Origin: Nitrososphaeraceae archaeon
GTDB taxonomy: Archaea; Thermoproteota; Nitrososphaeria; Nitrososphaerales; Nitrososphaeraceae
DNA length: 64,000 nucleotides
Direction of reading: 5' to 3'
NCBI GenBank assembly: GCA_044870765.1
Contig: JBIOZG010000012.1
Span: forward strand, 64,001-128,000
Shown: positions 1 to 10,629 of the stretch, piece after piece
Layout of the letters: each line of letters opens with the position of its first letter
How positions within the stretch are numbered: the stretch's first letter is position 1
Position numbers and translations under genes: made by a program
Notes under the pieces: model-generated
The model's database searches: none
The model's input: only the letters and a program-made list of their open reading frames with translations
What the model was told of the DNA's origin: nothing

Positions 1-131
1 GTGGCACATACCAAAATAAGTTATTGCATCATTCACAACGCATTCTAGATTAGTTTAAGCAATCTGAAGAAATCTAAAATTGCGGTGAATTTGAAATTAC
101 ATGTCTTTTGTTTTGAAAAGTAAGCAATTTT

Positions 132-959
132 CTAATATTTCAGGAGCGTAAACATGTAGGGAGTCTCTTTTTTTTCATCAAGTGTCCAAGAACTCGGTAG
201 ACTTAGACTTGCTAATACTTTCAATTCAAAGTCAGCTATGAATTTACCCCATCCGTACATGGATTTATCTCTGGAATATTTCCTGTATGTGTGACTTCCC
301 ATTAGAGTAATACCTACGTTATGCAATTTGCCCCTATACATTTTAAGTTGATTTAGTACGCCATATGCTATCATTTCTCCTAATTCAGGTAGAGCCGAAA
401 TAAAGATCATGGTATTTTCTAGATTAAATTGCGAGTAGTTTATTGAATTTGAATCACCGTGAATCACATTGTATTTTACGTTACTACTAATAGAAATTTC
501 ATTTTGTAGCTCGCAAAGATCTTTATCAATCTCTACTCCCGTTGAATCAAGACCAAGTATGCTGCCACAATATAACAATCTTCCATCACCTGACCCCATA
601 TCTAAAATGTTTTGGAATCCAAGATTTTTTACTGCAAGACACATAACAAGAGCAGATAATCCCCATGTCGGAAGAAATGGTTGATAATTAGTGTCATATT
701 TTTTGGAACTTAGCCAAAATTGATTAACATCTCCTTCATAAGACGTACAAGGAATATCAGCTAGTGTGATAGCCTGTTCCTTGTAATATATACTGTTATG
801 TTTGAAAAATGTGTGTAGTTTTTCTAAATGCGATTTGTCTATCATATTTTGTTTATTAGGAACAGGAACAAACTCTCGGATAGGATTGTATGAATGAAAT
901 TCCTCAAGATATTCATTTTTAAGGTCTACTAAATTCTTCACTAAGCAGTTAAGATCCAA
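132..959 (-). CDS. SAM-dependent methyltransferase (class I)
   Basis: 275-aa ORF with motif I ILDMGSGDGRL followed by GVEID. Confidence 0.7.
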   Translation of the reverse strand: MDLNCLVKNLVDLKNEYLEEFHSYNPIREFVPVPNKQNMIDKSHLEKLHTFFKHNSIYYKEQAITLADIPCTSYEGDVNQFWLSSKKYDTNYQPFLPTWGLSALVMCLAVKNLGFQNILDMGSGDGRLLYCGSILGLDSTGVEIDKDLCELQNEISISSNVKYNVIHGDSNSINYSQFNLENTMIFISALPELGEMIAYGVLNQLKMYRGKLHNVGITLMGSHTYRKYSRDKSMYGWGKFIADFELKVLASLSLPSSWTLDEKKETPYMFTLLKY

Positions 960-1189
960 CTATTCTCACAATGTTATGTATTAATTGAAATTGGATGTAC
1001 CATATTAGTATAATTGATATAATTACAGTACTGATATAAATACACATAATTCATAATCATACTAACTCTTCATTATCCAATTCGTTATAAATTGAATTAG
1101 AATAATCCACTTATTGTTACTATATTAATGAACATATTTTGATGTGTGTAAGGACATAAAGTGGTGTTGTATCCAAGTTAGTCAAATGG

Positions 1190-2104
1190 TCATTTCATTA
1201 ATTTCATAAGTATGCTTGGAACTTCGGCGGGTCTTTTTGCTACTGGGATATTAACTCTGGAGAAACTGGAAATTTTTGATTCTGCTGAACCATAATTTCC
1301 ATAGACAATTGCACCTGCATGGCCCATTCTTTTTTCCTTTGGTGCAGATCGACCAGCGACGTAAGCTACAACAGGTTTAGTGAAACCGGTTTTTTCTATA
1401 TACTGCACTAAGGATTCTTCAGCATCACCTCCAATCTCACCTACTACTACCACTGATTCAATATCGTCTCTATCACTTATTAGATTAAATGCTTCAATCA
1501 GATTTGTCCCGTTTATTGGATCTCCGCCTATTCCAAGAGCTATCTTTTGACCTATCCCTGCCTTTGACAAATAAAATGAAACTTCATACATGAGAGTTCC
1601 ACTTCTAGAAAAGACTGCGGTATTTCCCTTTTTGAATGGTTGAGAAGGCATTATTCCGATTTTATTCACGGAAGGTACAATTACCCCAGGTGTATTTGGA
1701 CCAATTATTTTTGCACCGTTGGTCTGTGCATACTCCAAGGATTCCATTGCGTCACGTACCGGAACGTGTTCAGGAATCGCTACAAGTAATTTAATCCCAT
1801 TATTCACAGCGTCTTTCACTGCGGAAAGAAAAAATTGAGCAGGAACAAATATTCCGGATATTTTTGCATTAAAGGTCTTGCTAGCATCTTTTACAGAATC
1901 GAAAACAGGTATGCCTTCAAAAGATTGACCGCCTTTATTGGGAGTTACACCTGCTACAATGTTTGTACCATATTCTCTCATCAATCTGGTGTGAACGGAG
2001 CCGAAATTTCCTGTTATTCCCTGAATTATTACGGGCTTATTACCATAATCAGGATCTTCTGGTTTACCTACTAGAATATCAAAAATGTCAAATTTATTGT
2101 TCAT
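1190..2104 (-). CDS. sucD: Succinyl-CoA synthetase alpha subunit
   Basis: QGITG, GPNTPG, SRSGTL and phospho-His motif MGHAGA. Confidence 0.95.
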   Translation of the reverse strand: MNNKFDIFDILVGKPEDPDYGNKPVIIQGITGNFGSVHTRLMREYGTNIVAGVTPNKGGQSFEGIPVFDSVKDASKTFNAKISGIFVPAQFFLSAVKDAVNNGIKLLVAIPEHVPVRDAMESLEYAQTNGAKIIGPNTPGVIVPSVNKIGIMPSQPFKKGNTAVFSRSGTLMYEVSFYLSKAGIGQKIALGIGGDPINGTNLIEAFNLISDRDDIESVVVVGEIGGDAEESLVQYIEKTGFTKPVVAYVAGRSAPKEKRMGHAGAIVYGNYGSAESKISSFSRVNIPVAKRPAEVPSILMKLMK

Positions 2105-2105
2105 T

Positions 2106-3218
2106 CTATTTGCTCATCCTCATAAATTGCACTAACGATGAAATCGCTTCCTCTACTGTATCATATAATTTTGCATTACTGTTAGAAAGCATTTTTTTAG
2201 ATTTCTCCGATTCTGCACCTGAAATTCTGGCATATATAGGGACACTTATCATACCGTCCTCGTATGCGTTAAGTATAGCTTGGGCTACCAGGTCGGTCCT
2301 AACAATGCCACCGAACAAATTTACCAAGATTGCCTTTACTTTAGATAATTTGCTTATCACTTCTAAGGCCTTGTAAATTGTTTCCGTAGTAGCGCGACCA
2401 CCAAAATCTAAAAATGCACCGGGTTTTCCACCTGCATCATTAACGATATCCAAGGTTGACATGACGAGACCTGCTCCATTACCTATTATTGCTATATCTC
2501 CATCTAATTCAACGAAAGAGAAACCATTCTTTTCCGCCTGCTCTTGCAACTCAGAAATTTGTATATACTTCCCTAGCTCAGGATGTCTGAATATTGAATT
2601 ATCATCTATGATTACCTTTGAATCCAGTGCCAGACAAGTACCGTCTTTAAGAATAGCAAGAGGATTTATTTCAGCCAACTCTGCTTCTTTTTCTCTTACG
2701 AGTTTGGCAAGCTTTATGACTATATTGGAGAATGACTCAATAGTTACACCACTTAAACCTAGTTTTTTTGCAATGGTTTCTGCACTTGATTGCGTTAAGC
2801 CGGAAATAGAAATGTCCTGGATTACCTTATTCTCCACGGCTTCAATGTCCATACCTCCCTCAGAAGAGGAGATCAACGAGTATGTCCTTTTTCCTCGATT
2901 TAGGAACAAGGAGAGATAAAGTTCCTTATCTATATTCACAGCCTCTTCAATTAGGATTAACTTTGGGAGCTCTCCCTTTACTTTTTTATTTAATAACTCT
3001 GTAAACTTTGGTACTAGCTCTTCCTTATTTGCGCATTTTAAAATTGCGCCAGCCTTTCCTCTTCCACCAGTTGTTAATTGCGATTTAAGTACAACAGGAT
3101 ATTCAAGTTTGTCTTTAATTTGATTCAATTCAGATTGGTTCCTTGCTAGATATGATTTTGGAACTGCAATATTATACTCTGTAAATAATTCTTTACCCTG
3201 GTATTCTAATAACTTCAT
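2106..3218 (-). CDS. sucC: Succinyl-CoA synthetase beta subunit
   Basis: MKLLEYQGKELF, GGRGKAG, EINPL, GNGAGL; adjacent to sucD. Confidence 0.95.
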   Translation of the reverse strand: MKLLEYQGKELFTEYNIAVPKSYLARNQSELNQIKDKLEYPVVLKSQLTTGGRGKAGAILKCANKEELVPKFTELLNKKVKGELPKLILIEEAVNIDKELYLSLFLNRGKRTYSLISSSEGGMDIEAVENKVIQDISISGLTQSSAETIAKKLGLSGVTIESFSNIVIKLAKLVREKEAELAEINPLAILKDGTCLALDSKVIIDDNSIFRHPELGKYIQISELQEQAEKNGFSFVELDGDIAIIGNGAGLVMSTLDIVNDAGGKPGAFLDFGGRATTETIYKALEVISKLSKVKAILVNLFGGIVRTDLVAQAILNAYEDGMISVPIYARISGAESEKSKKMLSNSNAKLYDTVEEAISSLVQFMRMSK

Positions 3219-3311
3219 TCAGCAAGAATGTGAAGCCTATGTGGTGACTTATAATCCTATTTAAGCGGAGGAATTTGAAAATTTATATATCTACAACTAA
3301 ATCCGTATCCT

Positions 3312-3479
3312 ATGGCTGAAAAAATGACTGCAGTATGGCTCATTATATTGACGATAATTGCATGTGCTGCAATACCTGCTGTCATGATATGGTTGACAAC
3401 AACTCCTACAGCGTCTAAACCCCATCTTCTATTAGGAATCACTGAATCTCTACCTTCAGGAATTAGTCTCTTAAACTAG
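3312..3479 (+). CDS. Small single-pass membrane protein (55 aa, below the ORF-track cutoff)
   Basis: ATG 3312 to TAG 3477-3479 reads MAEKMTAVWLIILTIIACAAIPAVMIWLTTTPTASKPHLLLGITESLPSGISLLN; TATA-like TTTATATA about 25-30 nt upstream. Confidence 0.6.
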   Translation: MAEKMTAVWLIILTIIACAAIPAVMIWLTTTPTASKPHLLLGITESLPSGISLLN

Positions 3480-3621
3480 AGACCATTTACATGAGTATAA
3501 TCCTTTCAATATCCTCATTCTTTATTGATAATGAGTATTACATATCGAGTATCAATATTGCTAGATGTTTGAAAATACGAACGAGTAATAGATAAAGGTG
3601 AGGGATGAAAACATAGTAAGC

Positions 3622-5241
3622 ATGACAATAGCCTTAAAGGTGCATCCATCTTTTTTCAAGGAATTTGCAACAAAGACATGGGTTTCTCCTGCGGACGTTA
3701 TTAAGGAGTTGATCGAAAACGCCTTTGATGAGGACGCTACTCGAGTTCTCATAACCATTCTCAATGATAATTCTATTTCAATAGAGGATAATGCTGGAAT
3801 GGATGAAAGCGAGATTCAAAAGTTTTTGTTGCTTGGTTCACCACATAAGAAACTTGATTCGATATCGCCGAAGTTTAAAAGAATTAGAACAGGTAGATAT
3901 GGAACGGGTAGACTTTCATTTCTGACATCATTTGAAAAAATGAAAATCAGAACCCGAAAAGGTAACTATCATAAAGCATTTTTGATAGATACAAGTTCTC
4001 TTGATGCTTTATTTACCGGTAAATCTAATTTGCGCGAGATAAGGGAATCGCGATTATCTAGAGATGGAACTGAGATAATGGTAAGCGACGCAAAATCACT
4101 TGTGGATGAATTAAGGTTGATAAAGGAAATTAGAAAGTTAGCTGTACTTAGGCATCCACTTTTTGAAGTATACATTAAGAAATCAGAGAAATTTAAAGAA
4201 TGGAACTTTACAAACTCTGAGCTGATAAGGGTACCTGATATCCAGGGTCATAAAATACCGTTAAATTTTGACAAAGGAAACATTGTTGGTGAAATTACAG
4301 TAGCTCGTAGACCTTTAACAGAAGATGAGCGAGGAATCGCCGTAATGGTAGGTGGTCATATTGTTATGAGAACATTGTTCGGTTATGATACCAAGATACC
4401 CAGGGTAACGGGATTTGTAAGATGTGATTCACTAACTTCCAGATTTGCTGATAAATCTGCTATAATAGAAGATAAAGAATTTGAAAGGTTTTCAAGCGTA
4501 ATGAAAAAATTCATAGTTGATACGGTCATACCCAGTTTAACTCTTTATGAAGACGTTCTTGTGACTAGAGAAGAATCAAAAATTTATAAGCAAATTGACA
4601 AGGTCTTGGGTCAGGCGGTAATTGAGACTCTCGAACCCTTTGAGGAGATAGAAGGATACGAGATAGTGGAAACCAAAAAAGTAGTATCAAGACCCAGCAA
4701 AAAAACTTCATCTATACCTGCGGAGGATAATTTGTTTGATAAATCGGTTGAAGAGGAGTATAAGGACTTGACTAAGAAGGAAATCAAATGGTCTAGGGAT
4801 TCGCTGGATGAAAAAGGAGGAATTCAGCAGACCGCAGGAATTGAGGATAACACTTTGCCCAATTATCTTAACAGTAATCAAAACAAGGATAATAATAATT
4901 ACGAAAACGTAACAGTTACTACACAGATAAAAAAACCGCTGATAAAAAAAACATTTGCATTGAAAAAAATTGGATACAAGATTATCCCTTACGAAGATGA
5001 AACTGATTCAAGATATAGCTTCATAAACGAAAATGTCGTATTCGTAAATAAGGCAAATCCAACATACAAGGCGGAATCGTCCCGAGGGGATGAATTCCTT
5101 TTGAGACATATTATGAATATAGTGGCACAGGCTGTAGCTACGTCGAGGCATCCTGAAGGGAAGGAGGCGCTAGAGCTACAAAACAGGCTAGTTTCTGAGG
5201 CAATAAGGATACATGATACATTCCTATCTAAAACGCCTTGA
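3622..5241 (+). CDS. GHKL (Hsp90/MORC-like) ATPase
   Basis: IKELIENAFD, EDNAGM, GRYGTGRLS and GTEI Bergerat-fold motifs; start ATG 3622 or GTG 3598. Confidence 0.8.
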   Translation: MTIALKVHPSFFKEFATKTWVSPADVIKELIENAFDEDATRVLITILNDNSISIEDNAGMDESEIQKFLLLGSPHKKLDSISPKFKRIRTGRYGTGRLSFLTSFEKMKIRTRKGNYHKAFLIDTSSLDALFTGKSNLREIRESRLSRDGTEIMVSDAKSLVDELRLIKEIRKLAVLRHPLFEVYIKKSEKFKEWNFTNSELIRVPDIQGHKIPLNFDKGNIVGEITVARRPLTEDERGIAVMVGGHIVMRTLFGYDTKIPRVTGFVRCDSLTSRFADKSAIIEDKEFERFSSVMKKFIVDTVIPSLTLYEDVLVTREESKIYKQIDKVLGQAVIETLEPFEEIEGYEIVETKKVVSRPSKKTSSIPAEDNLFDKSVEEEYKDLTKKEIKWSRDSLDEKGGIQQTAGIEDNTLPNYLNSNQNKDNNNYENVTVTTQIKKPLIKKTFALKKIGYKIIPYEDETDSRYSFINENVVFVNKANPTYKAESSRGDEFLLRHIMNIVAQAVATSRHPEGKEALELQNRLVSEAIRIHDTFLSKTP

Positions 5242-5311
5242 TTGCCCGCTGAGTCTATAGGTGAATCGACGAAACGACTAAATCTAACTACATCCACTAC
5301 TAACCAATCAC

Positions 5312-5908
5312 ATGGCCTTTCAATTTATGCCAGGCGCTACTGCTATAGGATTAACTTACCAGGATGGTATTGTCCTTGCAGCAGAGAAGCGCATAACTTA
5401 TGGAAATTTTGTAGTAAACAAGAATACCAAGAAAATATTCTCTATAACGGATCAGGTTGCCAGTGCATGTGCTGGAATGGTCGCAGATATGCAAGTTCTG
5501 ACAAGACAAGTAGGTGCACTAGCGAAAATTAGAAAATTAGAAACAAGGAGAGAGATGGCTACCAATTCTGTAGCAAAATTAATGTCAGTCATTATGTTCG
5601 AAAGACGATATTTTCCTTTACTCACCCAGGTAATTGTAGGAGGCGTACATGATGTGCCTGAAATCTATACACTAGATCCATTGGGTTCACTTCTTCCTGA
5701 TAATTACGCAGCCGTCGGTACGGGTGCAGAATTAGCATTAGGATTAATTGATTCTGAGTACAAGAAAAGCATGTCAGAAGACGCATCAAAAAAACTTGCT
5801 ATCAAGGCAATAAAGTCGTCAATACAAAGAGATTCAGCAAGCGGAGACGGTATCGATATCTTGACGATAACCAAAAAAGGGATTGCAGAAGAATCTCTCG
5901 ATCTATGA
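5312..5908 (+). CDS. psmB: Proteasome beta subunit (Thr1 position is Ala, likely non-catalytic paralogue)
   Basis: PGATAIG, LAAEKR, AGMVADMQ, DPLGS, RDSASGDG. Confidence 0.92.
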   Translation: MAFQFMPGATAIGLTYQDGIVLAAEKRITYGNFVVNKNTKKIFSITDQVASACAGMVADMQVLTRQVGALAKIRKLETRREMATNSVAKLMSVIMFERRYFPLLTQVIVGGVHDVPEIYTLDPLGSLLPDNYAAVGTGAELALGLIDSEYKKSMSEDASKKLAIKAIKSSIQRDSASGDGIDILTITKKGIAEESLDL

Positions 5909-5945
5909 TTTGAAAATCAATTCAGAATTATTAATTTCAAAATAA

Positions 5946-6428
5946 TCAAACTCGGATAGTTTTTTTCATTTCCCAGTATATATCGCCAATATGATGTATA
6001 TTGTTCAAGATAACCCCCTTCTCCATATTTCTTGCACTGACATCATCAACTAATGACATACATACTGCAAGCTCCTTTTTGTGAGTTTGGTCTTTGACTA
6101 GCACAATTTCGGATTCTTTAAAGGGCGTAAAGTCAGTTATGCCAGGCCTCATAATATTGGCTCCATTGCATACAAATTTCACTGCGTTCATATCAACTTG
6201 TACTGATGAAAAATAATTCAATAACTTGTGTTGACTTAGATGGGGAATGATAATGTCCGGTGCTAATTGAATAGCAATGAAATTATTTCCAACTAGCAGT
6301 CGTTTATTTTCATCTACTACGTAGGCCTGTAGATTCTTAACTGGTACATTAGAATTTGCTGGCCATGTCCTACCAATACAATCATTGATATCATGTATTT
6401 CTCTCTTTGATAAAGAATGTACCTTCAA
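5946..6428 (-). CDS. PUA-domain RNA-binding protein (Tma20/MCT-1-like)
   Basis: VDMNAVKFVCNGANIMRPGI and HHIGDIYW. Confidence 0.88.
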   Translation of the reverse strand: MKVHSLSKREIHDINDCIGRTWPANSNVPVKNLQAYVVDENKRLLVGNNFIAIQLAPDIIIPHLSQHKLLNYFSSVQVDMNAVKFVCNGANIMRPGITDFTPFKESEIVLVKDQTHKKELAVCMSLVDDVSARNMEKGVILNNIHHIGDIYWEMKKTIRV

Positions 6429-6525
6429 TTATTTTGTTCTTGTTTTTCAAATATTTATCGATATCCATGCACCATTTCCCGAAAATACATTAAATAGCTA
6501 ACTCTAATGTAAAAAGTTTAGAGTT

Positions 6526-7059
6526 TCAGATTTTTTTATGGTGAAAAGAATTTGATATTTTTTTCACTCTATCTACACCATTGATCTTTTCGATTATTCT
6601 AAGAGACTGCTCGGGAACAAACTGAGTCCATTTAATATTTTTCAACATTCTCCGTCTAATCTCACTTCCAGAAAAATGTACGCGATTAACGAGTTTAGGT
6701 TCTAGGACCCTGATATTTCTTTGGATAAAAAGGTATCCAGTAAATGAGTTATTTGTAAAAACAGCATCATATTGGGGAACTAACATGTCAACTGTGTGAG
6801 TCCATGTTGAGTGGATATTTGTATCCGGAATAGGAATTATCAGGGTTTTTTTGCAATCAATTGTAGGGTCAGCATTTAGTGAATTTTTAATCATAGATAA
6901 TCTTTCTCCAGCGGTAAATGGGTTGTCTGGTTCGTAGCTTGCCTGAGAACTACCAATTACAATTATAAGTTCATCAACCTTCGTGAATGCAAATCGAATC
7001 GCTGCAATATGACCCAAATGAAATGGTTGAAACCGACCGATGAATAACGCTCTTGACAA
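6526..7059 (-). CDS. nadM: Nicotinamide-nucleotide adenylyltransferase
   Basis: GRFQPFHLGH, NPFTAGER, SGSEIR. Confidence 0.93.
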   Translation of the reverse strand: MSRALFIGRFQPFHLGHIAAIRFAFTKVDELIIVIGSSQASYEPDNPFTAGERLSMIKNSLNADPTIDCKKTLIIPIPDTNIHSTWTHTVDMLVPQYDAVFTNNSFTGYLFIQRNIRVLEPKLVNRVHFSGSEIRRRMLKNIKWTQFVPEQSLRIIEKINGVDRVKKISNSFHHKKI

Positions 7060-7093
7060 ATTAGTATAAAATATAAGACGAATAATTTAAATT

Positions 7094-7939
7094 TTGAAAT
7101 GTAACTCAATATTTATATTATGTTTGAAGAACAAGAGATTTGTGGTTTTTTTACAAATACATAACTTGTCTGCGAATATTAATGGTAAAGAAATTCTTAA
7201 TGATCTTTGTTTTGAATTAGAGAGGGGTCAAGTGCACGCTATAATGGGTCCCAACGGTTCTGGAAAAAGCACTCTTGCAAATGTAATCATGGGGCATCCA
7301 AAGTATACCGTTACATCCGGAAGTATTTTGGTTGATGGCGAAAACATACTTGACATGAGTACAGAAGAAAGAGCAAAGAGAGGTCTTTTCTTGGGATTTC
7401 AATATCCTACTGAAATTCCAGGTGTTGGCTATAGTCATTTTCTGAGGAACGCATACAATATACTGAACAAAAGTCTGAGTGGAAAGCAAAAAGATAGAGA
7501 AGTATTCTTGACTGTAAAGGAATTCCATGAGTATCTCAAAAAGAACCTAGATAGCGTGGGACTTCAGTCCACATTTTTAAGCAGATATCTGAACGAAGGT
7601 TTTTCTGGAGGGGAGAAAAAAAGATCCGAGGTTATGCAAATGCTGGTCCTCAAACCATTAATTGCCATTCTCGATGAACCCGACTCTGGTTTAGATATTG
7701 ACGCAATCCAAGCAGTCGCTGAAGCCATAAACATTTTGATATCAACTGGTGCAGGAGTACTAATCATCACTCATTATGCTAGAATTCTAAGATATTTGTC
7801 AAAACTCGATAAAGTACACGTCATGTCAAAAGGGCAGATCATCAAATCAGGAGGAAAAGAGCTTTCCGAAGAATTAGAAGTAAAAGGATATGGCTGGATA
7901 GGATTAGCTGACGATACTAGCACAGCCCAACCGCACTGA
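7094..7939 (+). CDS. sufC: Fe-S cluster assembly ATPase SufC
   Basis: GPNGSGKST, FQYPTEIPGV, NEGFSGGEKKR, LDEPDSGLDID; true start probably GTG at 7142. Confidence 0.93.
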   Translation: MKCNSIFILCLKNKRFVVFLQIHNLSANINGKEILNDLCFELERGQVHAIMGPNGSGKSTLANVIMGHPKYTVTSGSILVDGENILDMSTEERAKRGLFLGFQYPTEIPGVGYSHFLRNAYNILNKSLSGKQKDREVFLTVKEFHEYLKKNLDSVGLQSTFLSRYLNEGFSGGEKKRSEVMQMLVLKPLIAILDEPDSGLDIDAIQAVAEAINILISTGAGVLIITHYARILRYLSKLDKVHVMSKGQIIKSGGKELSEELEVKGYGWIGLADDTSTAQPH

Positions 7940-7940
7940 T

Positions 7941-9167
7941 TTATAGATTAGTCTCGTTCGTTTCCTGAGATTTTATTTTCTGGACGTACGATCTAGAAAA
8001 TACTGGGGCCATTATTGTTGTGATCCAGCCAATTGTTACGGTAATAGAGAATAGAGTAGAATCAATAATACCTGAAGTAAATCCAATAGCTGCTATGACC
8101 AGTTCCACCATTCCTCTACCATTCATGATAAAGGCAATTGCAAAACTTTCGTCCTTTGTAAATTTAATTAATCTAGAACCGATGTATCCTCCACCTATCT
8201 TGGACAGAACGGCAGCGATTCCTAGAATTATGAAAAGCGGAAGGTTGTTTACGATTGAATCCATATTGATATTTACTCCAATTGTGGCAAAAAATATGGG
8301 AGCAAAAAAACCAAAGGTGATAGCCGATATTATTCCGTAAACTCTCTCGAAATTTTCCTTTCTGATAATTTCCTTGTATACTATCAAGCCTGAAAAAAAG
8401 GTACCTATGATAAAATGTAACCCAATAACTTCTTGTGCGATAACAGATACCAAAATGGTAGATATAAGTAATATTCCAAATGCTGCTTCTGGTGTATGTA
8501 ATTTATCAAAGAAATATGCACCACGACGTTGGAGCCAAACGCTTGTCTTTCTAAATAAAATATCAACAAGAAATATACCGCCAATAAACAATGATATCTT
8601 TATTATTGAATTAATTAGTTCCCCAGCAATATTCACAGGTGTTCCGCCTGCTTCATTCAGCTGTAGAACAAGTGACAGTACAACTAGTGAAAAAATATCG
8701 TTTATTACAGCCGCAGTAATTACAGTGTTACCCAGTTTGGTTTCCAATATTCCAAGTTGCATTAGGACAATTGTAGTCACTGGAACAGCAGTTATTGACA
8801 ACAACAATGCAACAAACAATGATTGAATCATGGGAAGACCGAAGAAATAGGCTACTGCAAATCCACTTGCAAAAGGTATTGAAAACGCTATTACAGATAA
8901 AACTGCTGCATGTAGTCCAGCCTTTCTTATTTCCCTTGGATCCATCTGTAATCCTGCCAATAACATAAGAAAGAATACTGCCAAGTCTGAAAGTACACCT
9001 AGACTCTCATTTGGAGCGATTAATTTCAAAATATATGGGCCAATTATTATTCCAGCTGCTAGCTCCCCTACCAGAGGAGGCATTTTGAGCCTTTGGAAGA
9101 ACTCACCTAGTAAGCGTGCAGCTACCAAGATTATAACTACACTGATGAACAGCTGCTCTGTGGCCAT
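7941..9167 (-). CDS. Cation:proton antiporter (CPA2/Kef family)
   Basis: Many TM helices; GELAAGIIIGP, AAVINDI, FFAPIFFATIG, GRGMVELV. Confidence 0.9.
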   Translation of the reverse strand: MATEQLFISVVIILVAARLLGEFFQRLKMPPLVGELAAGIIIGPYILKLIAPNESLGVLSDLAVFFLMLLAGLQMDPREIRKAGLHAAVLSVIAFSIPFASGFAVAYFFGLPMIQSLFVALLLSITAVPVTTIVLMQLGILETKLGNTVITAAVINDIFSLVVLSLVLQLNEAGGTPVNIAGELINSIIKISLFIGGIFLVDILFRKTSVWLQRRGAYFFDKLHTPEAAFGILLISTILVSVIAQEVIGLHFIIGTFFSGLIVYKEIIRKENFERVYGIISAITFGFFAPIFFATIGVNINMDSIVNNLPLFIILGIAAVLSKIGGGYIGSRLIKFTKDESFAIAFIMNGRGMVELVIAAIGFTSGIIDSTLFSITVTIGWITTIMAPVFSRSYVQKIKSQETNETNL

Positions 9168-9564
9168 GATTTATCAAATTTATCCTAACTAGATTTATCC
9201 TTATCCATTTGGAACTGCCAACTTGTTCATATTAGATGGTTTGCGATACTTTTTCGGTTTTATTGTCATATTTGAATAAAGATGTCAGCTTAACATATCA
9301 ATCAATTCACTTCACCCAGTCGTGGCAAGATATTGTCATAAAGTAATCAATAGAAATTAAGTCAAATTTTTATCCATGTTTCTTTAAGCTGGTAACTTCA
9401 TTTTTAGATAGTACAATCCAAATCACCATTCGGAATATGCCCCTTCTAATATTAATAAGAAATAATATTACTACTTTTGGTATCTACACAAATATATCGA
9501 TCGACAAGTATTTCTTGATCAGCATTGGTCGACAGTAAGTACTTGCTAAAAAATATTGGTCATT

Positions 9565-10371
9565 TTATGGCTCGCGCCATAAAGCCTTTACTTTAGCTAA
9601 AAACACAAAACCTATCAGGTATAATACTTGAACCAGCAATCCAAGCTCAATTGACCACTCCTTTGGAGTAGAAATTCCCATTGTACTTTGAATTATCAGG
9701 GATGCATGTGTCGTTGGTACAAAGTAAGAGACGTATTGTAATTGAATGGGCAATCTTTCAATACTGTAAAAAACTGGTGGTATTATAGAAAGGATCACGT
9801 TAACAAACGAAATTATCTGTGACACGTTACGCATGTGTAGCATATGTGAGGATAGAAAAAATCCCATTGATGACATCGATCCCCATACGAGAAATATAGT
9901 TACTAGAAGTAGTGGAATGTAAATGGAAGAGGATAAGAAGAAAGTAGCTAATGTTATCAATACCAATAATGCAGGTAATCCGAAAAGTATCTGAGAAATC
10001 GCCAAGCCAATCATGTAAGTAATTGGAGACACAGGTGATGCAACAAAGACATCCTGAATCTTGTACTCGTTCTTGTAAAAAGAGATATCTTGGCCCAATG
10101 ATAACCCATATCCAACTAACGCCATTACCAGACTGCCGGTAATAGAGAGTGGTAAATACCTGCCTTCACTAATAATAAACAAAATAAACAATAAAGAGAA
10201 CGGACTTATGGCAGAGAAAATCAATGATAATGGATTCCTTTTTAACCAAAGAATACCCGTCAAGTAGGCAATGAGAAAGGTTTGCATTAATGCATTCTTG
10301 ATTTTTGTGATAATCATGCCAAGCAAATCATGTATTCCAGATATATAGGATTTTGTTCTGCTGAATATCAA
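9565..10371 (-). CDS. ABC-2 type transporter permease
   Basis: Six TM pattern, FVASPVSP, PPVFYSIERLP; true start probably downstream of 10371. Confidence 0.8.
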   Translation of the reverse strand: MIFSRTKSYISGIHDLLGMIITKIKNALMQTFLIAYLTGILWLKRNPLSLIFSAISPFSLLFILFIISEGRYLPLSITGSLVMALVGYGLSLGQDISFYKNEYKIQDVFVASPVSPITYMIGLAISQILFGLPALLVLITLATFFLSSSIYIPLLLVTIFLVWGSMSSMGFFLSSHMLHMRNVSQIISFVNVILSIIPPVFYSIERLPIQLQYVSYFVPTTHASLIIQSTMGISTPKEWSIELGLLVQVLYLIGFVFLAKVKALWREP

Positions 10372-10629
10372 ATGCCAAAGGAAAGAAAATCGCCAAGTCG
10401 GAAGAGATCAGGCAGGAGTACGGCATTATCCACAAGAACTAAAAAACAAATTGATTCTTTACCTAAGCATGCGCAGCATATTTTTACCAAGACACATACC
10501 AATGCGGTAGAACAATACAAAAATCCGGACAAAAGACGAGGAGGGAAACGTCAGAGTGTTGAAGAAGTCGCCCACAAGGCAGCATGGGCAGCTGTTAAAA
10601 ATCAATACAGAAAAAAAGGCGATAAATAG
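10372..10629 (+). CDS. chaB: ChaB family protein (TAG at conserved C-terminal Trp)
   Basis: LPKHAQHIF and EEVAHKAAWAAVK signature; ATG 10372. Confidence 0.85.
   Translation: MPKERKSPSRKRSGRSTALSTRTKKQIDSLPKHAQHIFTKTHTNAVEQYKNPDKRRGGKRQSVEEVAHKAAWAAVKNQYRKKGDK

Noticed and set aside
4861-4920. Asn-rich AAT-repeat stretch in the GHKL ATPase as a possible in-frame intron or intein
   Set aside because: No BHB or intein terminal motifs; it looks like a disordered linker.
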